Source of the DNA: Octopus sinensis
Taxonomy: Eukaryota
DNA: 64,000 nt
Reading direction: 5' to 3'
Assembly (NCBI RefSeq): GCF_006345805.1
Contig: NC_043001.1
Coordinates: 73,656,001 to 73,720,000 of the forward strand
Part shown: positions 1-12,015 of the stretch, piece by piece
Numbering within the stretch: position 1 is the first letter of the stretch
How the letters are laid out: each line of letters starts with the position of its first letter
The notes under the pieces: model-generated
Database searches by the model: none
What the model was told of the DNA's origin: nothing
The model's input: only the letters and a program-made list of their open reading frames with translations
Translations under genes and position numbers: made by a program

Positions 1-837
1 TGAATGTATTACTGGAGATAAAGGAAAAATTGTAGAATAAAAATCTGAAGCATCGGAAGATGTCAGAATTTTCTGGGGAGGTGGGGGGTTCTGACCAACA
101 GGTTGCTCTAATTTTAGTCTGTTTTCAAACAAAGAGGACTGAGAAATATAGAAGCAGTTTGAGGATCAGAGAAAAGAAAGTAAAAGTTCACCAAGCCACT
201 CCTTGGACCAGTGAAACTTTACCAAGCCAGTCCTTAGCTTCTCAATCTGCAGAGACACTTCATACCTACAAGCATAGAGAAAATAACCTTGTCTTTATTC
301 TAGGTACTTTCTTACTTGCAGACATTAATAAATACCTATCATTCTTCTAGTTAACCTCCTCCTCTTTGACATATTTGCACTTTGGCAACTACTAAAATAC
401 ACTTTATTCTTCCCTTCATCAGACTCTAATTTCCACCATTCAGTATTTTGCAAATTTGCAATGTTCTCTTCTTGGTTTTCAAATATTTGCAACATTTTTA
501 CTGATCATCATCTAGTTTCTAAATGTTATACTTAATCTAATCTAATAACCCCACCTGGTCCCAAGGTGCCTTTAGCAAAGTCCACACTTTTGCAAGTATT
601 TAGATCATACTTCCTGTCTGAATGAAACTTATTCCTTCCCTGCCATCAGCTTTGACAGCCCTGAAAAAGGTTAATTGGTATTTTCCTTCTGCCACTGACT
701 GGCTAAGCCATTAAAAACAGGCGTGTTCTGTTCTCTTGATTTTTACCTCATTCCTTTATTTTTAAATATGCCAGCATTCTTGTTAATTATCTCCCTTCTC
801 TGACCACTGTCTAACACATTTCTTTACATTTCCCTCC

Positions 838-1065
838 TTAACAGTTAAGCATTTAACCTGGCCACATCTGGCCAAAATATTCTACGTGTTCTATGTTCAA
901 ACTGGCCAGATCCAGCCTCTCACACCTACCCAATAATGTAATTCTAAAAATCAACAATCACATCATTGAAATCTCATAGCTATAAGAAAATGCATGATTA
1001 ATTCAGAACAATGTGAATAAATAAACATTGCATTTGACAGAGTAATCTAAATGCTGAAAGGTTAA
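838..1065. mobile_element. piggyBac-type MITE (decayed)
   Basis: TTAA ends; right end AAATGCTGAAAGGTTAA; body repeated in part at 11600-11735. Confidence 0.55.
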
Positions 1066-1375
1066 TTTTCTCTCTTTCAAGCTTTTCATTCAATACTAAC
1101 AGATAACAACTCTCTGATGAAGAATTCTACCTGAGATGTTAGTCTCTTCTTTAGTCTCACAACAAACCAGTTTATTTCACTTCTGAACTGTTTATACATC
1201 ACTGAGTTATATAGTAAAGAGGGCTACTGCGCACTAATAAATGAAAATTCTGTTTCTATTTTCATTGCCCTATTCTCAGCAAACTTGATTTAAAGTACTT
1301 CTCAAATGAACTATCTATCAGAACCTCAGTACTATGATTACATAACCTACTACATAAATTACTCTGTGTAACAAA

Positions 1376-1432
<57 letters not shown>
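1376..1432. repeat. (ATT)19 microsatellite; one of many (e.g. (GA)n 6696-6736, (CA)n 13431-13463, (TA)n 4228-4265, 30273-30311, 44375-44414)
   Basis: Direct reading of the sequence. Confidence 0.95.
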
Positions 1433-2037
1433 TTGTCTTTAGTCAGTAAGTGTTATTTTCTATTTGCTTTTATCTAGAAATCAAAGGAAATGACAACTAT
1501 TCTCTTCAAATTTTGCTTTTGTGACCTGGACATTAATGTTTTGAAACTGACGTATTTTCCATTACATTTCAGACAGATTCAACAAGTATTCTGCTCAATA
1601 CCACATATTTGCCTGTTAGTTGCTTGAACTTTTTCTGCATGACCCTTAGTTGCTGACAATATGTGCATCTCTGAACATGAGCAGGAGTAATAGGAGAGCA
1701 TCATAGCCATATGTTGAGAGGGATTTTTTGGAATTTAAATAAATGTAACAAAAGCAAAGTTTGAAGGAAATATTTGCCATTTTTCATACTTTCTAGGGGT
1801 AAGCAAATAGGAAATAACAGTCACTACCCAAGGACAAAAATCATGTTACACAGTGTTATTTGTCAGTACTCCAATATCTTAACTACTATACTCCTGCAAT
1901 ACCCCCCTAATTAATGTACTCCTGAACTGACCAACATGTTCTACTACTACTACTACCACCTTAACAATCTGAGTACTTTAATCATTATCACAAAACAGAA
2001 AAGCCAAAAAGACAAAACAAAAATGTCATTATTATAC

Positions 2038-2116
2038 CTAAGAAACATTCCAACGGCATAAGTGAAGAGAAAAGCATAATCCAAACTTCCCAGCAGTGTT
2101 TTATAATCGGGTTCAT
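2038..2116 (-). CDS. SLC37A2: SLC37A1/2-like exon 4 (DEPDYKTLLGSLDYAFLFTYAVGMFLS); gene continues beyond the window's left edge
   Basis: ctttcaacag acceptor and TAG|GTATAA donor; LLG-x-LD-x-AFL-xx-YA-x-GMF is the SLC37A TM2 motif; 79 nt, phase 1 to 2; no exon 5 found in 1-2037. Confidence 0.95.
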
Positions 2117-2934
2117 CTGTTGAAAGATCAAAGTATAATTCTTAATAACAAAAGATGAATATTGAGTCAAAGAACTTGACTCCAGAATTATTTATATTGT
2201 AACATTAACATTTTACTATTGATTACCAACACTCACACAATCCTTTCTCATAGTATTAATATGCATAGGCACAAGCATGGCTGTGTGGTAAGAAGCTTGT
2301 TCCCCAACAACATGCTTCTAAGTTCAGTTCCAATATGTAGCACTTTGGGCAAGCATCTTCTAGTATAATCTTGGGCTGACCAAAGCATTGAGTGAATTTG
2401 GTACACAGAAACTGAAAAAAGCCTATCGTATATCTCGTATTATAAAAGGCAGATTTTATCTGCCTCCCTTTGGGAGTTATACAAATCTACAATATAGGAT
2501 TTCTTCAATTACAATTTACCTGGCATTTTTAACAGTACAATGCATCGCGTCATGCCAGGTCCAGTTTTTAAAACTTAAACTCCAATTAAGCAAAATTTAC
2601 AGAAAACTCACATTCTGGTGTGTGTGTCAAATGCTTTTCTTAGTCTGGTTTACACCACACGCAAACGCACACACACAGTGGGCAACGAATAAAATGAAAC
2701 TAATTCACTTACTGTAGTGAGTGATTCTTTCACTCTGCCTCCCACTTCCTCTTTCCACACATACACACGCAAATATATAAATAAAATTGTAAGCTAACGT
2801 GCGTGTGTGTGAGTGTGTGTGTGTGTGACGGTGCGTGTGTGTGTGTGTGCGTGAGCGTGTGTGTGTGTGTGCGTGAGCGTGTGACAGTAAGGTTTTTTTA
2901 GACGAATATAACACCTATATCCAAGTAGCAGAAA

Positions 2935-3122
2935 GATAAGACAGTAAGGTGTGATTTGAGGGAGATTTGGCTGCTATTTCTACCATGTCTAGCTGCCATG
3001 TAGGGGTCTCCCTCATAGGCTCATACATACATATATACATAGATAAGACAGTAAGGTGTGATTTGGGGGAAATTTTGCTGCTATTTCTACCAGGTCTAGC
3101 TACCATGTAGAGGTCCCCCTCA
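2935..3122. repeat. Tandem duplication, ~107-bp unit
   Basis: GATAAGACAGTAAGGTGTGATTTG...CCATGTAG occurs twice. Confidence 0.85.
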
Positions 3123-3129
3123 ATTCTTT

Positions 3130-3345
3130 TATTCTTCTTCTTTTTCCAGCCATTGCTCTGTGGCCATGCTGGGGCAATGCCTTGAAGAATTGTAGTTTAA
3201 TGAATCAACTCCAGTTTTATTTTTGTAAGCATTGTACTTATTCTATCTGTTTCCTTTGTCAAACCACTAGGTGACAGGGATGTAAACAAACCAACATTCG
3301 TTGTCAAGCAGTGGTGGAGGACAATCACAAGCACAGACACGCACA
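3130..3345 (-). repeat. SINE family B (also near 7230-7425, 8335-8520, 10330-10490, 10740-10860, 30470-30680, 52350-52520)
   Basis: Repeated GGCCATGCTGGGGCA...TACTTATTCTAT...GATGTAAAC...GTTGTCAAGC motifs next to (CA)n. Confidence 0.75.
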
Positions 3346-3374
3346 CACACACACACACATACATGCATACACAT

Positions 3375-3407
<33 letters not shown>

Positions 3408-3425
3408 TACGTGTGTATATATATA

Positions 3426-3684
3426 TTGCAGCGTGGAAGGTGTTTGTAAGCCATTTAAGAAACACACAAAAACCGTTACATTCACTTCAACATTTAAATT
3501 TAATTTGCCAAAATATTTTCGTCGCTTTGAGACCGCGACCTGTTCACTGACAAAAATATCGTGCTAACAGGTCGCGGTCTCAAAGCGACGAAAATATTTT
3601 GACAAATTTAATTTAAATGTTGAAGTGAATCTAACGGTTTTTGTGTGTTTCTTAAATGGCTTATAAACACCTTCAACGTTGCAA
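3426..3684. repeat. Foldback palindrome C: 119-bp arms (~6 mismatches), 21-nt spacer
   Basis: 3426-3544 is the reverse complement of 3566-3684. Confidence 0.95.
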
Positions 3685-3832
3685 CTGTTTTCGTTCCAGC
3701 ACACGATCTCAGATCAAGTCACTTGCTATGCAAGTACATCTCTGTAACTATATATATATTTATGTATATTGGTAAAAACAGTAAGATAACAAAAGAAAGA
3801 AAGAGACCTCAATATTATGTAAATAGAGGAAA

Positions 3833-4226
3833 TCTTTATATATAAAAGTGAGGTTGTGTGTCTGTCTCCTACGATTTAGATTCCTAACTACTCCCACATT
3901 TTGCGGTGCAGTTTAACCAAAACCGGGTATCTTATAGTCGTGATTCATATCGAGACCGTCTGGGTATTAGCGCGTGTCTATGATGAGTCTACGATTTAAA
4001 AAAAAATTTACCATCAATTTTTCCCATTTTTAATCCATTTTTGACATATATAAGGGAAGTAACTCTCTAAAATTTATTATTAAATCTCAGAACGTAAAAA
4101 GCTACAGTAACACCCCTCCCCCTTTGTGGTTAGCCATATTGAGATGGCTATTATACTTTACATATCTAAAAATGCTTATATAATTATTTCCCTTACAAAC
4201 CCGAGCAACGCCGGGCGATACTGCTA

Positions 4227-4227
<1 letters not shown>
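3833..4227 (+). mobile_element. Non-autonomous Helitron-like element
   Basis: A|TC 5' end (TCTTTATATATAAAA); 3' hairpin CCCGAGCAACGCCGGG then CTAG|T; no TSD. Confidence 0.8.
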
Positions 4228-4271
<44 letters not shown>

Positions 4272-5447
4272 TGAAGCGGTTCAATGTTGTCCATCATACA
4301 ACATTGGATGTGGCGAATATCATGTGCAGTTAAAATAGAACGATGACCAGGACGATGTTTATTGCTTAGTCATCCAGTAGCTTTGTACTTCTGAATTATT
4401 TTGGTAACTGTGTTTATGCTAATATGTATTTGTTAGCTAATTAACTTGTATTCTAAACCATTCTTGTGCAAATTAAAAATAAATTTCTTCAAATCTTCAG
4501 ACAATTCTTTTCCTTTTGATGCCATTTTAATCACAATGAAGAAGATTTTTTTACCATGGTACACAAATCAGAATTCCTGCAGATGCAATAGCAATGACTA
4601 GTGCAAAAATGCCAGGACAGATAATTCCTTAGAATTGAAATTATCAGCAATATCTTAATTTAGTAAAAAAAAAAGGTGGGTAAAAGATTGACTGTAGCAA
4701 ATTTCCTTTAGGGTGTACATATTTTTGTATTGTTTGAAAATTAATATTTCAATCTTATCTTTGAAAATGTTTATTGTTTTGTGTTCCAAATTTGTATAAT
4801 GTTTGCATGTATAATATATTTTATTCAGTATAAATTTCGTTTGATTTCCTTCGATATTATCAGAGAAATGGTAACTTTACTGAAATTTTTTGGGGTGTAC
4901 ATACTTCTATGAGATACTGTATATATACATACACAACAGGCTTTTTTCAATTTCTGACTACCAAATCTACTTACAAGGCTTTGGTCAACCCATGGCTATA
5001 ATAGATACTTGCCCAAGATGCAGTGCAGTGGGACTGAACCTGGAATCATGTGGTCAGGAAGCAAATTTAGTACACAGCCATAGATTTATTATACTGTTAC
5101 TTTTGAAAAACATTATTTTATACTTGAAATTCTTGAAGCATAGAACAAACTATCCAAGCCAGTTGTTAGCTGTCAGGACACTGCATCCTTCAAAAATTCC
5201 ATGCTTTCTGAAGTACACCAACACCATTCCTGACATGTCTGTGCAACTCTTTCCTCTTTATGACTCTTTAACTGTTCACTTTTCTGTCTTTTTGTTTTAT
5301 TGTGTACTGCGCATGTAATTTTGGCTTTCATTGCTGTCTTTCTTTACTTATTGCTACTTTCTGTCCTCTCTTTTTACCTTTTCCAACAAGTTGTAGCATA
5401 TCTGTGTACTGTATACAATAAGTGCATCATCATCATCATTATTATTA

Positions 5448-5851
5448 TCTCTATATCTATAAACAGCAAAATGTCTGTGTATCTGTGTGTCCTCTATACA
5501 AATCCACAGTTTTTCACGTAAAAGCCTCTCAATTTCTATGGGCTTTCAAAACTGTCGGAGGGTGGTCGTGAAGATTTTTTCATTTCCCCAGTCACCCCAG
5601 AAAGCCATTAAAAAAATCGATAAACTGATCCCTTATGCCCATAAGTTATGGGCATATGGGCACTGCCGAAGTCCAATGAATATTAATTACTCTCATAAAA
5701 AGGTCCAACTAACTCATAAACAACAAAACTGGCCTGGGCTGAAATGTGATAAGAAACTTAGCTCTTGATTTAGTGAGAAATTTTTACAGTGGCCCGGCAA
5801 TGAACAACAAGCACTAGCATTAGACCTGGCAATACTGGGTCATAGTGCTAG
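5448..5851 (+). mobile_element. Non-autonomous Helitron-like element, third subtype
   Basis: A|TCTCTATATCTATAAA start; GACCTGGCAATACTGGGTC hairpin then CTAG|T. Confidence 0.65.
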
Positions 5852-6284
5852 TTATTACTATTCAAATTCTGCTGATGTCGACTCTGCTTCTCATTCTTTT
5901 GGGGTTGATGAAATAAGTATCAGTTCAGCCCTGGTGTCAATGTAATTGACATTTCTGGTCTTGTGGCTAAATCAGAAGCTATTATTTATTTATTTATTTT
6001 TTAAAATTGTGTAGTTGGATACTTCTGGTGTCATGCAGACCAAATCAAAGTTTTGCCTCACAAAAACAATATTTCAACTCCTTTCTATGTTGCCAAGGAT
6101 TCTACATCTTAACCATACACCTATGATGACCCTTAGTCTTTTTTTTTTTAAAGGTGGATCTAATTTTATTACCACAGTTTATATTCAATTTGATGTCCAA
6201 CAACATGGTCAGATTCTTTATTGTTGTTATTTAACGTTACATTAGATTTGTGAATGAAGTTGTTTAGGCAATGACCACATTGAT

Positions 6285-6480
6285 GCTGTTTAGCTCCAGG
6301 GTCCACTCTGATCCAAGAGAACCATGATTAAAGGTGTTCTAGCATGATCATATTATTTAGTCTAAGGTCAGCTCTGGCTGAACAAACCTATGATCAAACC
6401 TGTTCCAGCTATGACCATTCTGTTTAGTCCAAGGTCAGACTTGACTGATCAGATCTATGAATCAAAGCTGTTCCAGCCAA
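6285..6480. repeat. Degenerate tandem triplication, ~65-bp unit
   Basis: TTTAG(C/T)CCAAGGTCA...ATGAT...GTTCCAGC occurs three times. Confidence 0.65.
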
Positions 6481-6689
6481 GAATGTTCTATATGTATTTT
6501 TTCCCTTCCAAACGTTATATGTATAGGAATACATTATCCAAGGTGTTCTTCCTTTTCTTAAGATGGCAGATGTAATAATAGGAAGATTTGGCTGTTATTT
6601 CCTGAAATTCAGGTGGCCCTGTAGAAAGGTTCTGCTAAAAATATGTGAATGTATTTATGTTTGTGTGTACGTACAAACACACACAAACA

Positions 6690-6742
<53 letters not shown>

Positions 6743-9069
6743 AAATAACTATTATTCAAAAAGCTGGCAAGTATTAAAAATGAATTGCATACATTTTTTC
6801 AATAGAAAATTGATTCTTAATAAATACATTTTATTATGCTTAAAACAGGAGCAATTGATTATTTTGATTGTTCAAAAACATATCACTAGATATAATTCTG
6901 CTCAAAATGTTTGAAGTTTAATTTTAAAAATAACATTACAGATGGCATCATATTAATATTTTTATACCACTACCATTACCATTACCATTACCACCATTGT
7001 CGCCACCCAGAAGACTTTAGTTAGCCCAGGGCTATAGTTGAAGATAAAATACTTGGCCAAGATACCATACAGTGAGATTGAACTTGAACCACATTATAGT
7101 GAAATGAGCTTCTTAACTGCACAGGTATGCCTTGTCATCTGATCAACAAATTCTTTTACACGTCAGGAAAGGGAAAAACTAAAAGTTTGCTTAAGTTTAT
7201 AAATTTTATCAATCTCATATCATATCTTTTATCTTTTATTTGTCTCAGTCATTAGACAGTGGCCATGCTGGGACACCACCTTGAAGAATTATTAGTTGAA
7301 TGAACTGACTGGCAGCACATATTTTTTTAAAGCCTGGTACTTATTCTATCAGTCTCTTTTGATGATCTGCACTAAGTTGCAGGGATGTTGTCAAATGGTG
7401 GTTGGGGACAAACACAGGCACAAAGACACACACACACACACATGCATACAAACACACACGCATACACACACAACAGGCTTCTTCCAGTTTTTGTCTACTA
7501 AATCCACTCTCAAGGCTATAGTAGAAGACACTTGCCCAAGGACTCATTCAGTGGGACTGAACCCAGAACCATGTGGTTAGGAAGCAAGTTTCTTACCACA
7601 CAGCCATACCTATTATTTTAATTCTCAGTCTGAAGAATTACTAATAGGAGATGCCCTATAGGTTTTTCAACTTGTATACCTCTGTAAATCCTGTAAAGTA
7701 ATGAAACATGTAATGGGGGAATAAAAATTACCAAAATACCAGTCTTCTGTGCGTGTGTGTGTGCATACACACACACATAAAAACTAGATTCTTCTAGTAT
7801 AAGATAATATTTCTTGTAATTTATTAAGCTTACTTTTAGGACAAAATTATTTTTAGACTGACGTGTGATTTATTTTTACATACTAATATAGATAAATTAA
7901 ATATTGGTATCAGAAAATTTTCGTTGGGAAAAAGTACTCCCTTCTAAGTACAAAGTTGTAGTTTATTATCAAGGAAACTGCTGAACAGTAACACAAAAAA
8001 AATCGATAAACTGAATGGTTCTCTTCTAAGTTAGTCTTCTCAATTCCTTTCATTCTTTCAACAGAGATTTAAAAGATTATAACTAAAACTTAACTTACCA
8101 GCTGACTGCTTCACATTAGCAACACAAATTTTATAAACACATTTGTATTGATCTGTCTACCATCATAATTCAAGTGACTATGTTTTAATTAATCATGTTA
8201 ATTCACCTTAACTGAACACAAAAAAAGGGCCATGGAAGCGAAGTGAAACAAACTAACAATCACACAAATAGTGATACTCCAGCATGGCCTCAGTCTCTGG
8301 CTGAAACAAGTAAAAGTAAAAATCTGTGTTTAATCTTTTACTACTTGTTTCAGTCATTGGACTTTGGCCATGCTGGATCAACTTCAGTACTTGTTTTTAA
8401 GTCTGGTACTTATTCTATCAGTCTCTTAGGCTGAATACTGATTTATGGGGACATAAATAAACCAACACCACTGGTTTTCAAGCAGTGTGGAGAGAAAACA
8501 AACACAGGTGCAGATACACATACACACACTGAATATGTTTTCTACCTATCAAATTCACTCATAAAGTAATGGTTGACTTGGGGCTGTAATAGAAGATATT
8601 TGGTGAAGGTGCCATGAGGCAGGACTGAACCTGAAACCACATAGCTGCAAAGCAGGTTTTTTAACCACACAGTCATGTAACAAAGAACCTTTTGTACTAG
8701 TGAGAGGAAGGAAGGTAGTTATCCTCAAACCAAAGACCTGAACTGAATGCTTATAGCAAAGAGGGCTCCACAAAAGGTACCCATGGTGCCAAGTGGTGGT
8801 GCTAGACCATGTGATAGGTTAAATCTACCAGCCAAAACTGCTCTCTTAGAAGTTATATAACTCTTCTTAATTAGTTAATGTTCTCTTTACTTCAAGCCCT
8901 ACCATCAACAATTCCCTTTTATTTCCATATGAAGATTTTAAAATATTTTTTGTTCTTGAAGTCAACGATTCAATTAGATTTCATGTGTAGTCAGTGCATG
9001 CATGCCTATACATGCACACAGAGGAAAAAAACACTCTTTCAAGAAGATGGAATAATGCAACAGTGAACT

Positions 9070-9600
9070 TTCTCTAGTCATCACTATCTTCATTAATCAT
9101 CGCTATCTTAGTCGATCACTACTACCCTTTGCAACCATCACTATCTTTTTCAGTTATCACAATCTATCCTCAGTCATTAGTACTTTCCTTAATCTCCACT
9201 ACTTTCCCCAGTCTCTGCTACCTTCAATAGTCATCAGTTTTAATTATCATCAGCCAACACTAACTTCCTTAGTCATCACTTATTGCTACCTTCCTGTATT
9301 ATCAATGTCTTCATAAATCATTAGTCTCCATCAGTCATCATTATCAACCTTTATCATTGCCAACTTCCTCAGTTATCACTACTTTGATCAATCAGTACTA
9401 CCATCATTAGTCATCCTTATATCTTCCTCACTCATCACTGTCTCCATGAGTCATACCTACCATCACCAACTGTTATTACTGTCTTACTTAGTCATCACTG
9501 CCTCCATTAATCATCACTATCATCATCAGTTATCACCACCTTACTTAATTATTACTATCTCCATGAACCATTCCTATCTACATCAATCGTTGTTATGATC
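9070..9600. repeat. Highly degenerate minisatellite (TCATCACTA-like units)
   Basis: Many variants of AGTCATCACTA(C/T)CT at ~20-25-nt spacing. Confidence 0.7.
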
Positions 9601-10857
9601 TTCAGTTCTTTTGTTATTAAATCAATTTCTGTTGTAACAAATTGTTCTGTCCAGATTTTAAATGCTGCAGTGATGCCCCATTAATCTCTCTCTCTCAGAG
9701 TTGTTAACCATTAAAACATGCAATCAGCAATTAATTAGCCAGTAATGGCTATCTAACTGATCACTATCTAGTTTTTGTTGTCTCATAAATTCCCCATCTC
9801 TCTGATGACCTCTAAACTAGGGACCACAGAAATGTAACCCTTAGGCTGTACATGGCCCATGGAATTAAATGTCACCAGTGACTGCTCAGATATAAACCCT
9901 TCATTGTTAACATTGTACTGTCACTACCAGTGACTGAGATCAGAATGTGTTTGTTTCACATTTCTCATACATGCATACAGAGCGTACAAGGCTGTTCTAT
10001 GAACAGAAAGTTTGACTTTTGTCGATATTACTATAGTCAATATTTTCCTGGGAACATGACAGTACATGCTGCATTCAGTGAGCATCTGTAGCAGAGGCTA
10101 CAAAATTTGCATCAGTTTAAGTATTAAAAAAAGATACCATTTTTTCCAATTCTTCATCTTAATAATGATTTCTCTTTTCTTTTCCTTGTTTGAGTCATCA
10201 GACTGCAGCATGCAAATTTTACAAGGTAATAGTATCAGACCCCATGAGTGTCAGTGTAATTTTTTTTTTCATTTGGATTAAAACAATATAAGTGGTACTG
10301 GTTAGGTATTATGTCTCAAAAGTGAAAGAATTCTAGTTGAACAAATCAACCCCAGGACTTTTTTTTCTAAGCCTGTTACTTATTCTATTGGTCTCTTTAG
10401 TTGAACCACAAAGTTATGGAGGATGTAAACACACCAACACCAGTTGTCAGGCAGTGGTAGGGATAAACACAGATGCAAAGACACACATACATATACACAC
10501 ACAAATTATATGACAGGCTTCAAGTTTTTTACAGTTTCTGTCACTCACAAGGCTTTGGTTGGCCCGAGGTTATAATGGAAGACATTTGCCCAAGAAGCCA
10601 CACTGTGAGATTGAACCTGGAGCCATGTGACTAGGAAGCAAACTTCTTACCACACAGCCAGTCTGTGTCTATAATCACTCAAAAAAAAAAACCTACAGAA
10701 TTATATATATGTATATGAATATTATGTTATTAATCATCTATCTTTTACCTGTTTCAGTCATTGGACTGTGGTCATGCTGGGGCACTGTCTTGAAGGGTTT
10801 AGTCAATCAAATCAACTCTAGTACTTGTTTTTAAGTCTGTTACTTTATTGGTCTCTT

Positions 10858-11253
10858 GGATCTTTTCGGTTTCAACGGCAGTTTTTAACATAATTTCTAG
10901 GTAACTAAAAAAATTTAAACTTCGTATACTGGTAGAATGTGTTTATAAAACATCTTTTTCTCTTGGCTTTATTGAGAAAATTCTATAGTTTGTAAGATAC
11001 TTGGTCTTTAATTTCTTGCATTTCGGCAATTTCAACCAATCAATGACCGTCTATTGAGGTGAAAACATTCTGTGCCGTATGAATATGTCCCTCATTTAAG
11101 AAACACATTGGGTTTATTTACATTTGTGAATAAAAAAAGATACCCTTCCCCCACCCCTAACCCTAACTAACCCTAAATCTAAAATAGATTGAAATGCAAT
11201 AGATCGATACTAGGGTCATAATTATGGGTGACAATTTCATATGACACCGCTAT
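10858..11253. repeat. Unclassified young insertion containing a (CCCTAA)n-like stretch at 11155-11176
   Basis: CpG-retaining block in CpG-poor surroundings; CCCTAACCCTAACTAACCCTAA. Confidence 0.45.
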
Positions 11254-11459
11254 CATTAAGACAGATACACAAGATATGAAAGTCAAACTTCTTACTGTTT
11301 CGCCAATCCACCATCCAAGGTTGGTACATTTTTAGTCACTCCAAAAGGATGAGAGGCAAAGTTGACCTTGATAAGATTTGAACTCAGAGGAGTTTTAAAT
11401 TACTGTGAGGCATTCAATCTGATGCTTTAATGACTTGACCAGTTAACCATCTCAAGCTA

Positions 11460-11800
11460 GTTTGCTGCCTCGAGCCAGCTTGTTGCCTTAAACCAATTAG
11501 CTGATCAGTTGTTTCATACCAACAGACTGCCTTAAGCCAATTAAAGCAATTTGCTGCCTTAAGCAGATTCAGTGCCTGAAATCAATCAACTAGTGTTAAG
11601 TTAACATTTACACTAGCCATGTTTGGCCCAAATATTCTACCTGTTTTATGCTAAACTGGTCAGATATGGCCTATCACACCTACCTTACAATGCCATTCTA
11701 GAAATAAATAATGCTATCATTGAAATCTTGAAGAGTTAAGCTGATTCATTGCCTTAAGCCAATCCACTGCCTTAAACCAATTTTCTGCCTTAACCCATTT
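11460..11800. repeat. Degenerate CTGCCTTAAGCCAATT minisatellite interrupted by a MITE fragment
   Basis: About 7 variant units; the MITE fragment at 11600-11735 lies between TTAA sites. Confidence 0.6.
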
Positions 11801-11966
11801 TTACATACAAAAACTGAGATATAAGACAATTTTAGAATCTGTTCAAAGAGAAAAGGACAACCTATAAAACATTTGCAATCCATGTAGACTAATGAGGTTG
11901 AGGGATTAAAATAAAATTTTCTGATTTTTTTCTTTTGATAACAGTTACATTAATTGAAAAACTTAC

Positions 11967-12015
11967 CAAATGGAGCCCAGCCTGATGAATTTGATGAATT
12001 GTGATGGAGAACGTT
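11967..12015 (-). CDS. SLC37A2: SLC37A1/2-like exon 3 (NVLHHNSSNSSGWAPF + G)
   Basis: tttgcag acceptor and TTG|GTAAGT donor; conserved WAPF motif; 49 nt, phase 0 to 1. Confidence 0.92.

Noticed and set aside
1108-1145. CTGATGA followed by a short stem, HHR-like
   Set aside because: GAAAC is replaced by GAGAT and stems I and II barely pair.
3197-3567. Overlapping ORFs rich in HT/YI/CV repeats (also at 2705, 22974, 30220, 44176 and elsewhere)
   Set aside because: Translations of (CA)n, (TA)n and (CATA)n microsatellites.
4550-4630. Hydrophobic minus-strand stretch GIICPGIFALVIAIASAGILICVPW* between SLC37A exons 3 and 4
   Set aside because: No match to SLC37A; inclusion as a cassette would shift the frame; the acceptor is weak; exons 3 and 4 already join correctly.
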